Assembly (NCBI GenBank): GCA_051657165.1
Contig: JBOFKD010000162.1
Coordinates: 3,870 to 27,869 of the forward strand
Length of the DNA: 24,000 nucleotides
Source: Bacteroidales bacterium
GTDB lineage: Bacteria; Bacteroidota; Bacteroidia; Bacteroidales; UBA7332
Direction: 5' to 3'
Shown: positions 1 through 10,328 of the stretch, one piece after another
Numbering within the stretch: position 1 is the stretch's first letter
Layout: each line of letters begins with the position of its first letter
The notes under the pieces: generated by a model
The model's database searches: none
Told to the model about the DNA's origin: nothing
The model's input: only the letters and a program-made list of their open reading frames with translations
Made by a program: the position numbers and the translations under genes

Positions 1-1568
1 GAGTCGGAGAAACTAAAATAATAGAAGTGTTTATCTTCTCTGTAGCATTGAATCTGAATTTGAATGTTTTCTCCTGCATAAGCAATCGCATTATCAAGCA
101 AGTTGCGGAAAATGGAGTAAAGCAATGAATGATTACCTTCGATTTCGCAATTCGCAGGGATCATTATATTAAAAGTATCACCCTTTTGCTCCAATGCCTG
201 CATCGAGTCCTTATTTATATCACTCACTAGTGTGTGTATATTAATAGGCTGTAAATCAAACAAAGAGCCGGCTTCATCAAGTCTTGTCAGAACAGATATA
301 TCGGCCAGCAAATCACCCAGTCTGGTGGCTTGAACAAAACATCTTTCTAAGAAGAAACGAAGTTTTTCTTCAGGCAGATTTTCTGTTTCCAGACTCGTTT
401 CCAGAGACCCTTTAATACTGCTTACAGGTGTTTTAAGCTCGTGAGATATATTCTGAGTAAGTTGACGTTTTATTCTGTTTTCTTCCTCTTTCTGAGTAAT
501 ATTACTAATAGATATCTCGAACGTATTATCCTGAAAAATAATGCAGTTAACCTGAAAGGCTTTTCCGTTCTTTGATATTATTCTGGACGAACTGACAAAA
601 TCACGGAACTTCTTTTTCTGCTCCTGCTCCAGTTGCTGATCCAGGAATTCAATTACAAAAGCAAATTCATGGACAAACAGGATCTGATCAATTTTATCCA
701 GTTGCACATCTGCAATCAAATCTGCATATTGCTTAAAGAGATTATTGGCAAAAATACATTTCCGCTGATTCGAAAATATAGCTAATCCTTCCTGAGATAT
801 CTGTAAATGCTGAAACAGTTTATCGCGTTCGATATAAAGAGCTTCTTTTGTATTTTTCAGCTTCTTGTATATATCTACAATATTACGCGAGATATCGCCA
901 ATATCATTATCCGGAAACGTGATATTATAATCTATCTTTTCGTTTCGTTTCGCACGATTAGCAAATTCCTTTAGTCTTGAAATACTTACACCCAGACGAT
1001 ACGAAAAATAAAGTAAGGTGAAGATTACGAATAATGAAAGAGTGATCAGAAAATAGATAAACTGACTGTCTGCTTTCAGAAATGCATCCATAGTTCCATA
1101 CGGGAGAGCACTTCTTATTATCAGTGTATCAAACTGCTGAGCCGTGTAAAAATACTCTGTCTGCATTGACTTCGAATAACGGATAGAGTGTCCTGATCCT
1201 TTTTCCCGGGCAGAAAGCACTTCGGGTCTGTCTGCATGCTTCTCTAAATTATTTACATTTTCAAATTCTGAATCAAAGAGCACCTTTCCGTTTGGCTCAA
1301 TAATTGAAATTCGAAGATTCGGATAATCCGAAGAATGAACAATAGAATCCAGCTTCTTAGGTAAGAACTCCTCTCCTTTCAACGAATGATAAAGATTCAT
1401 ATTATAGTTTGAAAGGAATGCATTGAGCTCCTTCTCCCGAAAGTTCTTTTCCCTCTGGTATTGAAAAATAAATACGGAGGTCAAAAACAAAAGAAATAAA
1501 GATGCTAGTGAAATAAATAATTTTTTATGAAACGGAATTTCAAATTTAAAAATCTTTTTGATCTGCAT
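1..1568 (-). CDS. sensor histidine kinase (partial; C-terminus runs off the left window edge)
   Basis: Absent from the ORF track because it is open at the edge. Manual reverse-strand translation from the ATG (complement of 1566-1568) gives MQIKKIFKFEIPFHKKLFISLASLFLLFLTSVFIF (TM segment). It has an H-box QNISHELKTPV (His codon = complement of 441-443, in frame with 1568) and an N-box SIFRNLLDNAIAYAGE (about 60-110). The two checked segments (about 1-130 and about 421-500) are in frame and stop-free, and the single-pass translation of the rest showed no stop. It starts 20 nt after the response-regulator stop on the same strand. Confidence 0.85.
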   Translation of the reverse strand, partial: MQIKKIFKFEIPFHKKLFISLASLFLLFLTSVFIFQYQREKNFREKELNAFLSNYNMNLYHSLKGEEFLPKKLDSIVHSSDYPNLRISIIEPNGKVLFDSEFENVNNLEKHADRPEVLSAREKGSGHSIRYSKSMQTEYFYTAQQFDTLIIRSALPYGTMDAFLKADSQFIYFLITLSLFVIFTLLYFSYRLGVSISRLKEFANRAKRNEKIDYNITFPDNDIGDISRNIVDIYKKLKNTKEALYIERDKLFQHLQISQEGLAIFSNQRKCIFANNLFKQYADLIADVQLDKIDQILFVHEFAFVIEFLDQQLEQEQKKKFRDFVSSSRIISKNGKAFQVNCIIFQDNTFEISISNITQKEEENRIKRQLTQNISHELKTPVSSIKGSLETSLETENLPEEKLRFFLERCFVQATRLGDLLADISVLTRLDEAGSLFDLQPINIHTLVSDINKDSMQALEQKGDTFNIMIPANCEIEGNHSLLYSIFRNLLDNAIAYAGENIQIQIQCYREDKHFYYFSFSD

Positions 1569-1588
1569 TATTAAGTTTATACTTGTGA

Positions 1589-2281
1589 CTATTCTTCAAA
1601 ACAATAACCGTATCCGGCCCGTGTTACAACGTTTTTGCCATATGTTCCAAGCTTTTTACGCAGACGAGTGATATTTACATCAATCGTTCTGTCAAGCACA
1701 TATACTTCATCACTCCACACTTTAGATAAAATCTCTTCCCGGGAGTAAACATGACCGAAATTACCCATAAGAAGTTTCAGGATTTCGAACTCTTTTTTAG
1801 TCAGAGCAACTTCCTCTTCATCTATAAGCAGTTTCTTTTGTTTGATATCCAGCAACATTGTCTGGTAATGAATGACCGTGCTGTTCTTTTTCTCTTCTGC
1901 TTCAGTTGTACGTCGTAGTACAGCTTTCACACGTGCAAGTACCTGACGGATAGAGAACGGTTTCGCTATATAATCGTCTGCCCCCAGATTAAACCCTGTA
2001 AGCATATCATTTTCAGTATCTTTTGCCGTCAGGAAAATTATAGGCAGTTTCTCTGTACGGGCATCTTTACGAAGCATATTTGCAAATTTAAATCCGGAGA
2101 TCTCTCCCATCATTACATCCAGCAAAAGTAAGTTATACTGAAGAAGATCTTTGGTCAGTGCTTCTTCTGCAGAATTTGCCGTATGCACGATGTAGCCTTC
2201 ATTTTCAAGATTAAATTGTAAAATCTCGCACAAGTCCTCTTCGTCATCAACAACCAAAATTTTGTATTTGTTTGTAGGCAT
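1589..2281 (-). CDS. OmpR/PhoB-family two-component response regulator (receiver + winged-helix DNA-binding domain)
   Basis: The 230-aa ORF has receiver motifs ILVVDDEED, LLLLDVMMGE (phospho-Asp context) and ADDYIAKPF. The C-terminal winged helix reads LTKKEFEILKLL ... VDVNITRLRKKL ... GYGYCF. It lies immediately upstream of the kinase on the same strand. Confidence 0.92.
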   Translation of the reverse strand: MPTNKYKILVVDDEEDLCEILQFNLENEGYIVHTANSAEEALTKDLLQYNLLLLDVMMGEISGFKFANMLRKDARTEKLPIIFLTAKDTENDMLTGFNLGADDYIAKPFSIRQVLARVKAVLRRTTEAEEKKNSTVIHYQTMLLDIKQKKLLIDEEEVALTKKEFEILKLLMGNFGHVYSREEILSKVWSDEVYVLDRTIDVNITRLRKKLGTYGKNVVTRAGYGYCFEE

Positions 2282-2350
2282 AAAATTAGATTATAGTTAG
2301 TTAGCAATTCGTTTTAAGCGAAAAACAGAGATTCTGTTTATATTCATGAG

Positions 2351-2358
2351 CAAATATA
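2351..2358 (-). promoter_or_regulatory. candidate Bacteroidota -7 box (TATATTTG on minus strand) for the response regulator/kinase operon
   Basis: Plus-strand CAAATATA equals minus-strand TATATTTG, which matches TAnnTTTG. It sits about 70 nt upstream of the ATG at 2281. Confidence 0.4.
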
Positions 2359-2445
2359 ATGTGACTTTTTATAATATTGTATGTCAAAGATGTTACATTC
2401 TTTATTTTGTCTTATCTATAACATATAAACCATAAACAAGCAATT

Positions 2446-3156
2446 TTACATTTTCAGATAAAACTCTTTTGTCAGTGCTTTATAATCCTCTGAATAAACA
2501 TGGCGGTCCAGCTCTATTACCAGATGTTCTTCTGAGCATTGCGCCCCTGTTTTACTAAACTCCCACATGATTCGTTTTATAACACCATCGGTTTTCGGAT
2601 ACACATTGCATTTTCTGATTTGATGCAGACCGCATCCGGATGCTATAGTTTCTATCTCCGATTCTGCATCCGCAGGTAATATAAGAGCAAAACGACCATT
2701 ATTACTTAATAATTGAACAACACCTTTGAATAGTTGTTGGTAATTTAAAGAGTCTGCATGTCGTGCTGTACTTCTTTTTTTGCAAGGAGCCTGGACTCCG
2801 TTCGTAAAATATGGAGGATTTGAAACGATCAGATCATATTTGCTTGAAGCGATTTCTGAAAATTCGGAAAAATCGGCATGATAGACTGACATTCTGTCGC
2901 TCCATTCTGATTGTTCGAAATTAGTCTTAGCCTGCAGGTATGCCTGGTGATCAATTTCAACAGAATGGATAGTAGCCTGTGATCTTTGCGCCACCATCAA
3001 TGAGATTATTCCGCTCCCCGTTCCTATATCTAAAACCCTCTGTATGTTATCTGTAGCACACCATGCACCCAAAAGGACAGCATCCGTACCTACTTTCATA
3101 GCACAAAGGTTATGGTACACTTTGAATCGTTTGAATTCGAAAAAGTCAGAAGCCAT
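2446..3156 (-). CDS. trmN6: tRNA1(Val) (adenine37-N6)-methyltransferase, YfiC/TrmN6 family (start corrected from ORF-track 3240 to 3156)
   Basis: From Met29 the protein reads [32 protein letters not shown]. This parallels remembered E. coli YfiC ([25 protein letters not shown]). It has the SAM motif [10 protein letters not shown], the catalytic NPPY (VSNPPYF), and a C-terminal [16 protein letters not shown] versus YfiC YSEAYTALTQAFYLFM. The 28 extra N-terminal codons in the track overlap the divergent promoter region. Confidence 0.85.
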   Translation of the reverse strand: [236 protein letters not shown]

Positions 3157-3190
3157 TATTTGTTTATTTGAATTATTACGCAAATATAAA

Positions 3191-3198
3191 TACCTTTG
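3191..3198 (+). promoter_or_regulatory. candidate -7 box TACCTTTG (with TTTG -33 element 20 nt upstream) for lon
   Basis: TACCTTTG matches TAnnTTTG. A TTTG sits 20 nt upstream of it, and the box is 66 nt upstream of the lon ATG. Confidence 0.5.
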
Positions 3199-3263
3199 GC
3201 ACAAAACTTGTAAAATAATTGAGTTAAGTAAAATAGTCATCCATACAAAAATATTAAAAGACG

Positions 3264-5717
3264 ATGGACATACGTTTAACGGACGATATTGAATCAGATG
3301 AAAACCAAGATATATTTATGCCAATCTTCACAGAAATTGAAATTGATTCGAATTTTGATGAATTAGAGGTTGACACGAACAACATACCTTTGTTACCATT
3401 ACGTAACATGGTTATGTTTCCTACTGTTGCTCTTCCGGTATCAGTAGGTCGTGATAAATCATTACGTTTAATCAAAGAAGCTTACAAAAAAAAGAAACTA
3501 ATCGGAGTTGTCACTCAGATCAATGAAGAGATTGAAGATCCGGAGTTTAAAGATGTTTATGCAACAGGTGTAATAGCTGAAGTTGTGCGCATTTTTGAAT
3601 TGCCTGATAAAACAACTACTGTTATTCTTCAGGGTAAGAAGAGATTTGAGCTTCAGTCTGTTCTTTCAACAGAACCGTATCTGACTGGTAGCATCACTTT
3701 GCTGGATGATAAAACACCGGATCCGGACGATCAGGAGTTTAAAGCTCTTGTGTCGACAGTAAAGGATATGACCATTAAGATGATAAAATCGCAGTCTGAG
3801 CTACCTAAAGAAGCTATTGTTGCGATTAAAAACATCACACACCCGATACATTTGATCAATTTTGTATGCTGTAATATTCCTATTGAAGTATCAGACAAAC
3901 AAGTTCTTCTTGTATTGAATGATGTTAAGGAGCGTGTATACGATTTGATTAAAATCCTTTCACGTGAGATACAACTGCTTGAGATTAAAAACAACATTCA
4001 GTTAAGAGCACGTGAGGAGCTTACTCAGCAGCAAAAAGAATATTTTCTGCAACAGCAGATGAAGAGTATCCAGGAAGAACTGGGTGGAAACATCAATGAC
4101 CAGGATATCAGAGAATTTCGTTTGAAAGCTGCTGATAAAAAATGGCCCGAAAGTGTTGCTGAAACTTTCCAGAAAGAATTACGCAAACTAGAAAGACTGC
4201 ATCCTCAATCTCCGGACTACTCGGTTCAGGTGAATTATATTCAAACGATTTTGAATTTGCCCTGGAACACTTATACAAAAGACCGCTTTAGCACGAAGCA
4301 GTCTAAGAAGGTTCTGGATAAAGACCATTTTGGTCTTGAGAAAGTAAAAGAACGCATTATTGAATATCTTGCAGTTCTTCAGCTTAAGGGCGATATGAAA
4401 TCTCCTATTCTTTGTCTTTACGGCCCTCCGGGTGTTGGTAAAACATCTTTGGGTAAATCAATCGCTGAGGCAATGAAACGGAAGTATATCCGTATGTCAT
4501 TAGGAGGATTAAGTGATGAGGCTGAGATACGTGGGCATCGCCGCACATATATAGGTGCAATGCCCGGTCGTATTATACAGAATCTGATCAAAGCAGGCTC
4601 TTCTAATCCTGTATTTATTCTGGACGAAATTGACAAATTAGGTTCAGGTATTAAAGGTGATCCTTCTGCGGCATTACTTGAAGTACTCGATCCGGAACAA
4701 AACAATACGTTCCATGATAACTTCCTGGATATTGACTATGATTTATCTCACGTCATGTTTATTGCCACTGCAAATAACATTGCCGACATTCCACGTCCGC
4801 TGCTTGACCGTATGGAGATGATCGATGTTAGTGGTTATATCCTTGAAGAAAAGGTTGAAATTGCAAAACGACACCTTATTCCGAAAGAGATGGAGAATCA
4901 TGGTCTTGTTAAAAACAGCGCTAAATTCCCGAAACCGGTTATCGAAAAAATCATTGATAGCTATACTCGTGAATCTGGTGTACGCGAACTGGATAAAAAA
5001 ATTGCAAAAATCATGCGTCGTCTTGCATTAAAAGCTATAGATGATCAGGGTGATTTAAAAGGATATACAGTTACTCCTGCCGATATTGAGACATTCCTTG
5101 GTATTGAAGAGTACACACGCGATAAATATCAGAATAATGACTATGCCGGTGTGGTTACAGGTTTGGCCTGGACAGCTGTAGGTGGAGAGATTCTCTTTAT
5201 TGAAAGCAGCTTAAGCAAAGGTAAAGGCGGAAAACTTACTCTTACGGGGAATCTGGGCGATGTAATGAAAGAATCAGCTATGCTTGCTCTGGAATACATT
5301 AAATGTCATGCGCAGAAACTAAATATACCTGAGAGTGCTTTCGAAAACTGGAATATACACGTGCATGTACCTGAGGGCGCTATCCCTAAAGATGGACCTT
5401 CAGCAGGTATCACCATGGCCACAGCACTTGCTTCTGCCTTTACTCAGAGAAAAGTAAAGAAAGAGCTTGCTATGACCGGAGAGATCACACTGCGTGGAAA
5501 AGTTCTTCCTGTTGGCGGTATAAAAGAAAAGATTCTGGCTGCTAAACGCGCAGGAATTAAAGAAATTATTCTTAGTGCTGAAAACAGAAAAAATATTCAG
5601 GAAATTAATGATGAATATTTGACAGGACTAACATTCCATTTTGTCTCTGACGTCAGTGAGGTTTTCGAAATTGCGCTTCTGAAAGAAAAAGTAAAAGAGG
5701 CATTAGTTATTGAATAA
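3264..5717 (+). CDS. lon: ATP-dependent Lon protease (LonA type)
   Basis: The 817-aa ORF has the LON N-domain start [13 protein letters not shown], Walker [10 protein letters not shown], Walker [10 protein letters not shown], catalytic Ser in [11 protein letters not shown] and Lys in [14 protein letters not shown]. The N-terminus carries about 45 acidic residues before the N-domain; an internal Met (MPIF, codon 19) is an alternative start. Confidence 0.95.
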   Translation: MDIRLTDDIESDENQDIFMPIFTEIEIDSNFDELEVDTNNIPLLPLRNMVMFPTVALPVSVGRDKSLRLIKEAYKKKKLIGVVTQINEEIEDPEFKDVYATGVIAEVVRIFELPDKTTTVILQGKKRFELQSVLSTEPYLTGSITLLDDKTPDPDDQEFKALVSTVKDMTIKMIKSQSELPKEAIVAIKNITHPIHLINFVCCNIPIEVSDKQVLLVLNDVKERVYDLIKILSREIQLLEIKNNIQLRAREELTQQQKEYFLQQQMKSIQEELGGNINDQDIREFRLKAADKKWPESVAETFQKELRKLERLHPQSPDYSVQVNYIQTILNLPWNTYTKDRFSTKQSKKVLDKDHFGLEKVKERIIEYLAVLQLKGDMKSPILCLYGPPGVGKTSLGKSIAEAMKRKYIRMSLGGLSDEAEIRGHRRTYIGAMPGRIIQNLIKAGSSNPVFILDEIDKLGSGIKGDPSAALLEVLDPEQNNTFHDNFLDIDYDLSHVMFIATANNIADIPRPLLDRMEMIDVSGYILEEKVEIAKRHLIPKEMENHGLVKNSAKFPKPVIEKIIDSYTRESGVRELDKKIAKIMRRLALKAIDDQGDLKGYTVTPADIETFLGIEEYTRDKYQNNDYAGVVTGLAWTAVGGEILFIESSLSKGKGGKLTLTGNLGDVMKESAMLALEYIKCHAQKLNIPESAFENWNIHVHVPEGAIPKDGPSAGITMATALASAFTQRKVKKELAMTGEITLRGKVLPVGGIKEKILAAKRAGIKEIILSAENRKNIQEINDEYLTGLTFHFVSDVSEVFEIALLKEKVKEALVIE

Positions 5718-5746
5718 GTAACTATCCTTATTTTAGCATTTAAAAA

Positions 5747-5778
5747 GCTCAGCTTCAATCTTGAAGTTGAGCTTTTTT
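5747..5778 (+). terminator. rho-independent terminator after lon
   Basis: A 12-bp stem, GCTCAGCTTCAA (5747-5758) with TTGAAGTTGAGC (5761-5772), has one G-U pair and a 2-nt loop. It is followed by TTTTTT (5773-5778). Confidence 0.75.
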
Positions 5779-5984
5779 ACATTTAAATCCTTTACACATA
5801 CGATTCTATTAAGATTCTTTCCCAATTTAGCGTAAGAAATCTCTGATAACACACTTTTTATATAAAGGATTGGAAGATATGTCGTAGTTTTTTAACAATC
5901 TTATTTCGTACTTCAATTAAAAGTAGTACTTTAGTGCACTATTTTATAGGTAGTAAATATTGATAATAATAATTGCAAACATAA

Positions 5985-8705
5985 ATGATTGATCAAGACA
6001 GAATTATCAAAATAAACATCGAAGACGAGATGAAAACGGCGTATATCGACTATTCTATGTCGGTTATCGTTTCGCGTGCTCTTCCTGATGTTAGGGACGG
6101 TTTTAAACCGGTTCACCGAAGAGTTTTGTTTGGGATGAATGAACTAGGTAATACGGCTGACAAACCATATAAAAAATGTGCGAGAATCGTCGGTGAAGTA
6201 CTAGGTAAGTATCACCCACATGGTGACTCATCTGTTTACATGGCGCTTGTGCGTATGGCTCAGGACTGGTCTTTGCGCTACACTCTGGTAGACGGACAAG
6301 GTAACTTCGGTTCAATCGATGGCGACAGCCCCGCTGCAATGCGTTATACGGAAGCCCGCTTAAGCAAAATAGCGGAAGAAATGCTTCGCGATATTGATAA
6401 AGATACTGTAGATTTCCAGCTAAACTTTGACGATACGCTAAAAGAACCTGTAGTTCTTCCTACGCGTATTCCAAACTTGTTAGTAAACGGAGCATCGGGT
6501 ATTGCCGTTGGTATGGCTACAAATATGCCTCCTCACAATTTATCTGAAGTGATTGATGCTACGATTGCATTAATTGATGACAGATCAATTGAGATTGACG
6601 GACTTATGAGATACATTAAAGCTCCTGACTTCCCTACAGGTGCTTATATTTACGGTTATGCAGGTGTAAAAGAAGCTTACGAAACAGGTCGTGGCCGCGT
6701 AGTTATGCGTGCTAAGGCTGAAATCGAAATGGATGACCATGGAAGAGAGAAAATCGTTATTTACGAAATTCCATACATGGTTAATAAAGCGGAATTGATC
6801 AAAGGCATCGCCGATATGGTGAATGACAAGAAAATTGAAGGTATTTCAAACATCAATGACGAATCTGACCGCCAGGGAATGCGTATTGTAATTGACATTA
6901 AGAAAGATGCCAATTCGAATGTCGTTCTTAATACATTATTTAAACAAACAGCTTTACAGTCTTCTTTCAGTGTAAACAATATCGCCCTTATTAAAGGACG
7001 TCCTCGTTTATTGAATCTGAAAGACATGATTGAAGCCTTCGTTGAGCACCGCCATGAAGTAGTTATTCGTCGTACGAAATACGAATTGCGTGAGGCTGAA
7101 AAACGTGCACATATCCTTGAAGGATTGATTATTGCCGTAAATAATATCGACGAAGTAATTAAGATCATCAAAGAATCTACTACACCGAATGATGCTATTG
7201 CTCATTTGATGGAAAGATTCCAGCTTTCAGATATCCAGGCTCGTGCAATCGTAGATATGCGTCTAAGACAATTAACAGGTCTTGAGATGGATAAATTGCG
7301 TAAAGAGTACGAAGAAATCAAAGCTTTAATTGATTATTTGAACAGAATCCTTACAGATGATGTTTTATGTATGAACATTATTAAAGATGAGTTACTTGAG
7401 GTTAAAGCTAAATATGGCGATGACAGAAAATCGGAGATTGTTTACTCTTCTGAAGAATTCAATCCTGAAGATTTCTATGCAGATGAAGAAATGGTAATTA
7501 CTATTTCTCATATGGGCTATATTAAACGTACACCTTTAACAGAGTTCAGAGCTCAGAATCGCGGAGGTGTCGGATCTAAAGGTGGCAGCACACGTGACGA
7601 AGACTTTATTGAATACATCTACCCTGCTTCAATGCATAATACGATGTTATTCTTTACTCAAAAAGGAAAATGTTACTGGCTGAAAGTTTATGAAATACCT
7701 GAGGGTAATAAGAATGCAAAAGGAAGAGCTATTCAGAATCTGTTAAATATTGACAGTGACGACCGTGTAAACGCGTTTATTCGTGTTAAAGGTCTTCAGG
7801 ATCCTGAATTTAACAGCAATCACTATCTGCTATTCTGTACTAAACAAGGTGTTATCAAGAAAACGCTTCTTGAAGCTTATTCCCGTCCACGTCAGAACGG
7901 TGTTAATGCAATCACTCTTCGCGAAGATGATCAGGTTATACAGGTTCGTCTGACAAATGGTAATCACGAAGTAATCTTAGCAAACCGTAATGGTAGAGCT
8001 ATCAGATTCCACGAAAAAGCAGTGCGTGATATGGGTCGTACAGCAACTGGTGTTCGCGGTATTTCACTAGACGATGAACAGGATGAAGTAATCGGAATGA
8101 TTACATTCGAAAGTCTTGACGCAGTTGAGGTTAACGAAATAACTACTGTAGATATCGATATTGAAAACGATGCAGTTGAAGCTGAAGTGATCACAGAAGT
8201 TGAATTCGACGCAGAAAGCGATAATGATACAGAAACAGTAGATCAATATTCAGAGACAATTATGGTTGTTTCAGAGCAAGGTTACGGTAAAAGAAGTAAT
8301 ATCAGTGACTACCGCAGAACAAATCGTGGTGGTAAAGGTGTGAAAACCATGAGTATTACTGACAAAACTGGTAAACTTGTTGCCATTAAAAATGTAACTG
8401 ACGATAATGACCTGATGATTATCAATAAATCAGGTATTACTATTCGCCTTAAAGTTGCAGAAGTTCGTATTATGGGACGTGCAACTCAGGGTGTCAGACT
8501 AATTAATCTTGGCAAACGAAATGACGAAATTGCATCAGTATGTAAAGTTATGACAGACATTGATGAAGAAGAAATCATCGAATCAGCAGAACTAACTGAT
8601 GTAACTTTAACGGAAGAAATGAATACAAATGAAACATCTGATGATTCAAACAATTCGGCAAACGAAAATGAATCTAACGATGAAAGTCAAATGTCATTAT
8701 TCTAA
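5985..8705 (+). CDS. gyrA: DNA gyrase subunit A
   Basis: The 906-aa ORF has the QRDR-type motif [21 protein letters not shown], active-site Tyr in [10 protein letters not shown], and a GyrA-box-like [10 protein letters not shown]. The repeated beta-pinwheel blades show GYGKRS/GGKG motifs. It is longer than usual because of an acidic CTD insertion and an acidic tail (see findings). Confidence 0.97.
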   Translation: MIDQDRIIKINIEDEMKTAYIDYSMSVIVSRALPDVRDGFKPVHRRVLFGMNELGNTADKPYKKCARIVGEVLGKYHPHGDSSVYMALVRMAQDWSLRYTLVDGQGNFGSIDGDSPAAMRYTEARLSKIAEEMLRDIDKDTVDFQLNFDDTLKEPVVLPTRIPNLLVNGASGIAVGMATNMPPHNLSEVIDATIALIDDRSIEIDGLMRYIKAPDFPTGAYIYGYAGVKEAYETGRGRVVMRAKAEIEMDDHGREKIVIYEIPYMVNKAELIKGIADMVNDKKIEGISNINDESDRQGMRIVIDIKKDANSNVVLNTLFKQTALQSSFSVNNIALIKGRPRLLNLKDMIEAFVEHRHEVVIRRTKYELREAEKRAHILEGLIIAVNNIDEVIKIIKESTTPNDAIAHLMERFQLSDIQARAIVDMRLRQLTGLEMDKLRKEYEEIKALIDYLNRILTDDVLCMNIIKDELLEVKAKYGDDRKSEIVYSSEEFNPEDFYADEEMVITISHMGYIKRTPLTEFRAQNRGGVGSKGGSTRDEDFIEYIYPASMHNTMLFFTQKGKCYWLKVYEIPEGNKNAKGRAIQNLLNIDSDDRVNAFIRVKGLQDPEFNSNHYLLFCTKQGVIKKTLLEAYSRPRQNGVNAITLREDDQVIQVRLTNGNHEVILANRNGRAIRFHEKAVRDMGRTATGVRGISLDDEQDEVIGMITFESLDAVEVNEITTVDIDIENDAVEAEVITEVEFDAESDNDTETVDQYSETIMVVSEQGYGKRSNISDYRRTNRGGKGVKTMSITDKTGKLVAIKNVTDDNDLMIINKSGITIRLKVAEVRIMGRATQGVRLINLGKRNDEIASVCKVMTDIDEEEIIESAELTDVTLTEEMNTNETSDDSNNSANENESNDESQMSLF

Positions 8706-8725
8706 TAAACACAATTAATAGATCT

Positions 8726-9934
8726 ATGAAAAAAGTATCCTTGTTGGCTGCTCTTTGCCTTGTAGCAAGTATTAGCTTTGCTCAAAAAAAGAATGTTAAC
8801 TCTGCTTTGTCTGAAGCAAATGCTGAAAAACCAAAATTTGGTGAAGCAATAAAGCTTATTGACGAAGCTATGACAAATCCTGAAACTGAAAAAGATGCAA
8901 AAACTTACTATGTTGCAGGTTATGTTCAACTAAAACAATTTGAAGCTGAGAGAAATAAAACTCTTCTTCAACAAAAAGCAAATGATGCAGTAATGTACAA
9001 TTCTCTTTTATCTATGTACAACTACTACAACAAAGCTTATGATTTGGATCAGATTCCTGATGAAAAAGGAAGAGTTAAGCCTAAGTATGTTAAGAAAATG
9101 ACTTCTGATTTATCTGCTAACTACACTAGCTTTATCAATGGTGGTGTTTATTACAATGATCAGAAAGATTATAAGAAAGCATATGATTTCTTCAATACAT
9201 ATACAGAGCTTCCAAATAATCCAATGTTGAAAGAAATCAACTGGGCACAAGATACTTTGATGAAAGATATTAAGTATTATGCTTGTTTGATGGCTCTAAA
9301 CTGTGATGATTCACAATTAGCTATTTCTACTCTTGAGCGTTTCAAAAACGATGATTATAAATCAAACGAACTTTATCAGTTCCTTTGTCTTGAGTATGAA
9401 AAACTTAAGGATACTACTAAATTAGTTTCTACTTTGGAAGAAGGTGCTAAGAAGTTCCCTACTGAACCTTACTTCATCCAAAATCTTATTAATCTTTTGA
9501 TTAAACAAGGTAACCTGAAAGGTGCTATTTCTTACTTGGACGAAGCAATCAAACTTGATCCGAACAACGCTAATTACTATAATGTGAAAGGTGTAATTCT
9601 TGAAGATCAAAAAGATTATACAGGTGCTATCGCTGAATTTGAAAAAGCTGAAAAACTTGATCCGAACAATGCTGAAACTTACAACAACATTGGACGTATC
9701 TATTACAACCAGGCAGTAGCTAAAGATGAGGAAGTTTCTCAAATTAAAGACAACAAAAAGTATGAGACTGAAAAAGCTCAACTTCGTCCAATGTTTGAAA
9801 AAGCTATTCCATTCTTCAAAAAAGCTCATGAGCTTAAACCTGAAGAAAGAAGCTACATCATCGTTCTTCGTTCTATTTACTACAAACTTAACATGGGTAA
9901 AGAATACGAAGCAATGGAAAAATTACTAAACTAA
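8726..9934 (+). CDS. secreted tetratricopeptide-repeat (TPR) protein
   Basis: The 402-aa ORF starts 21 nt after the gyrA stop. It has a signal peptide MKKVSLLAALCLVASISFA-QKK. TPR-like repeats include GNLKGAISYLDEAIKLDPNNANYYNVKG and DYTGAIAEFEKAEKLDPNNAETYNNIG. Confidence 0.85.
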   Translation: MKKVSLLAALCLVASISFAQKKNVNSALSEANAEKPKFGEAIKLIDEAMTNPETEKDAKTYYVAGYVQLKQFEAERNKTLLQQKANDAVMYNSLLSMYNYYNKAYDLDQIPDEKGRVKPKYVKKMTSDLSANYTSFINGGVYYNDQKDYKKAYDFFNTYTELPNNPMLKEINWAQDTLMKDIKYYACLMALNCDDSQLAISTLERFKNDDYKSNELYQFLCLEYEKLKDTTKLVSTLEEGAKKFPTEPYFIQNLINLLIKQGNLKGAISYLDEAIKLDPNNANYYNVKGVILEDQKDYTGAIAEFEKAEKLDPNNAETYNNIGRIYYNQAVAKDEEVSQIKDNKKYETEKAQLRPMFEKAIPFFKKAHELKPEERSYIIVLRSIYYKLNMGKEYEAMEKLLN

Positions 9935-9959
9935 TTTAGAATATTCCATATATAGAAAA

Positions 9960-9988
9960 GTCTCCTCAAATACGAGGAGACTTTTTTT
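9960..9988 (+). terminator. rho-independent terminator after the gyrA-TPR unit
   Basis: The stem is GTCTCCTC (9960-9967) with GAGGAGAC (9974-9981) around a 6-nt loop, followed by TTTTTTT (9982-9988). An upstream AAAA run means it could also act on the minus strand. Confidence 0.85.
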
Positions 9989-10251
9989 ATTTATACACAC
10001 CTTTCTAATGCCATTTCCTGAAGCTGTACCTATCAGATGTACAGGTGAAATATTTCATGCGATTCTCAGCGATTAGGAATAATGCATTATGATATATAAA
10101 TTGCTTTATAAGTATAAATATTGTCATATCAGGCACACAAATATAGCATATAGATATATTCAAAACAGATAATCAATCATATTGATCATTTGTTTCTATA
10201 CCAAATATTATTCAAAAGATTACTTTTTATCCTGTTTTAAGCATAAAGACA

Positions 10252-10306
10252 TAAAAAAACGCAGAATATCTCGTGCGTAGGGATGTGCAATGAGAAATTC
10301 TGCGTT
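10252..10306 (-). terminator. probable terminator of hsp20
   Basis: On the minus strand, ACGCAGAAT (complement of 10297-10305) pairs with ATTCTGCGT (complement of 10259-10267). The inner stem extends through TCTC/GAGA and is followed by a T7 run (complement of 10253-10259). It lies 23 nt beyond the stop codon. Confidence 0.6.
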
Positions 10307-10328
10307 GAGGAAAGAAACTGATTATATT

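Noticed and set aside
3264-3400. Roughly 45-residue acidic N-terminal extension of Lon before the [14 protein letters not shown]-domain start.
   Set aside because: I recall N-terminal extensions of this sort in Bacteroidota Lon proteins, and an internal Met offers an alternative start. The evidence is not enough to call it unusual.
3044-3475. ORFs 3044-3292 (+) and 3254-3475 (-) spanning the trmN6/lon junction.
   Set aside because: They overlap bona fide genes and the divergent promoter region. Their sequences are featureless, and lon and trmN6 explain the coding signal.
6213-6245. GyrA QRDR checked for fluoroquinolone-resistance substitutions.
   Set aside because: The motif reads HPHGDSSVY, with Ser at the position equivalent to E. 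coli Ser83 (wild-type state). Nothing is notable without a clade-specific reference.
6103-9829. Assorted antisense ORFs inside gyrA and the TPR gene (6103-6339, 6761-7171, 7008-7205, 7964-8194, 8702-8929, 9422-9829), and similar ones inside lon, the M13 peptidase, pflB, the AgcS-family gene and the YidE-like gene.
   Set aside because: All are embedded opposite strongly supported genes. They have Ser/Ile/Phe-rich shadow-frame composition and no independent signals.
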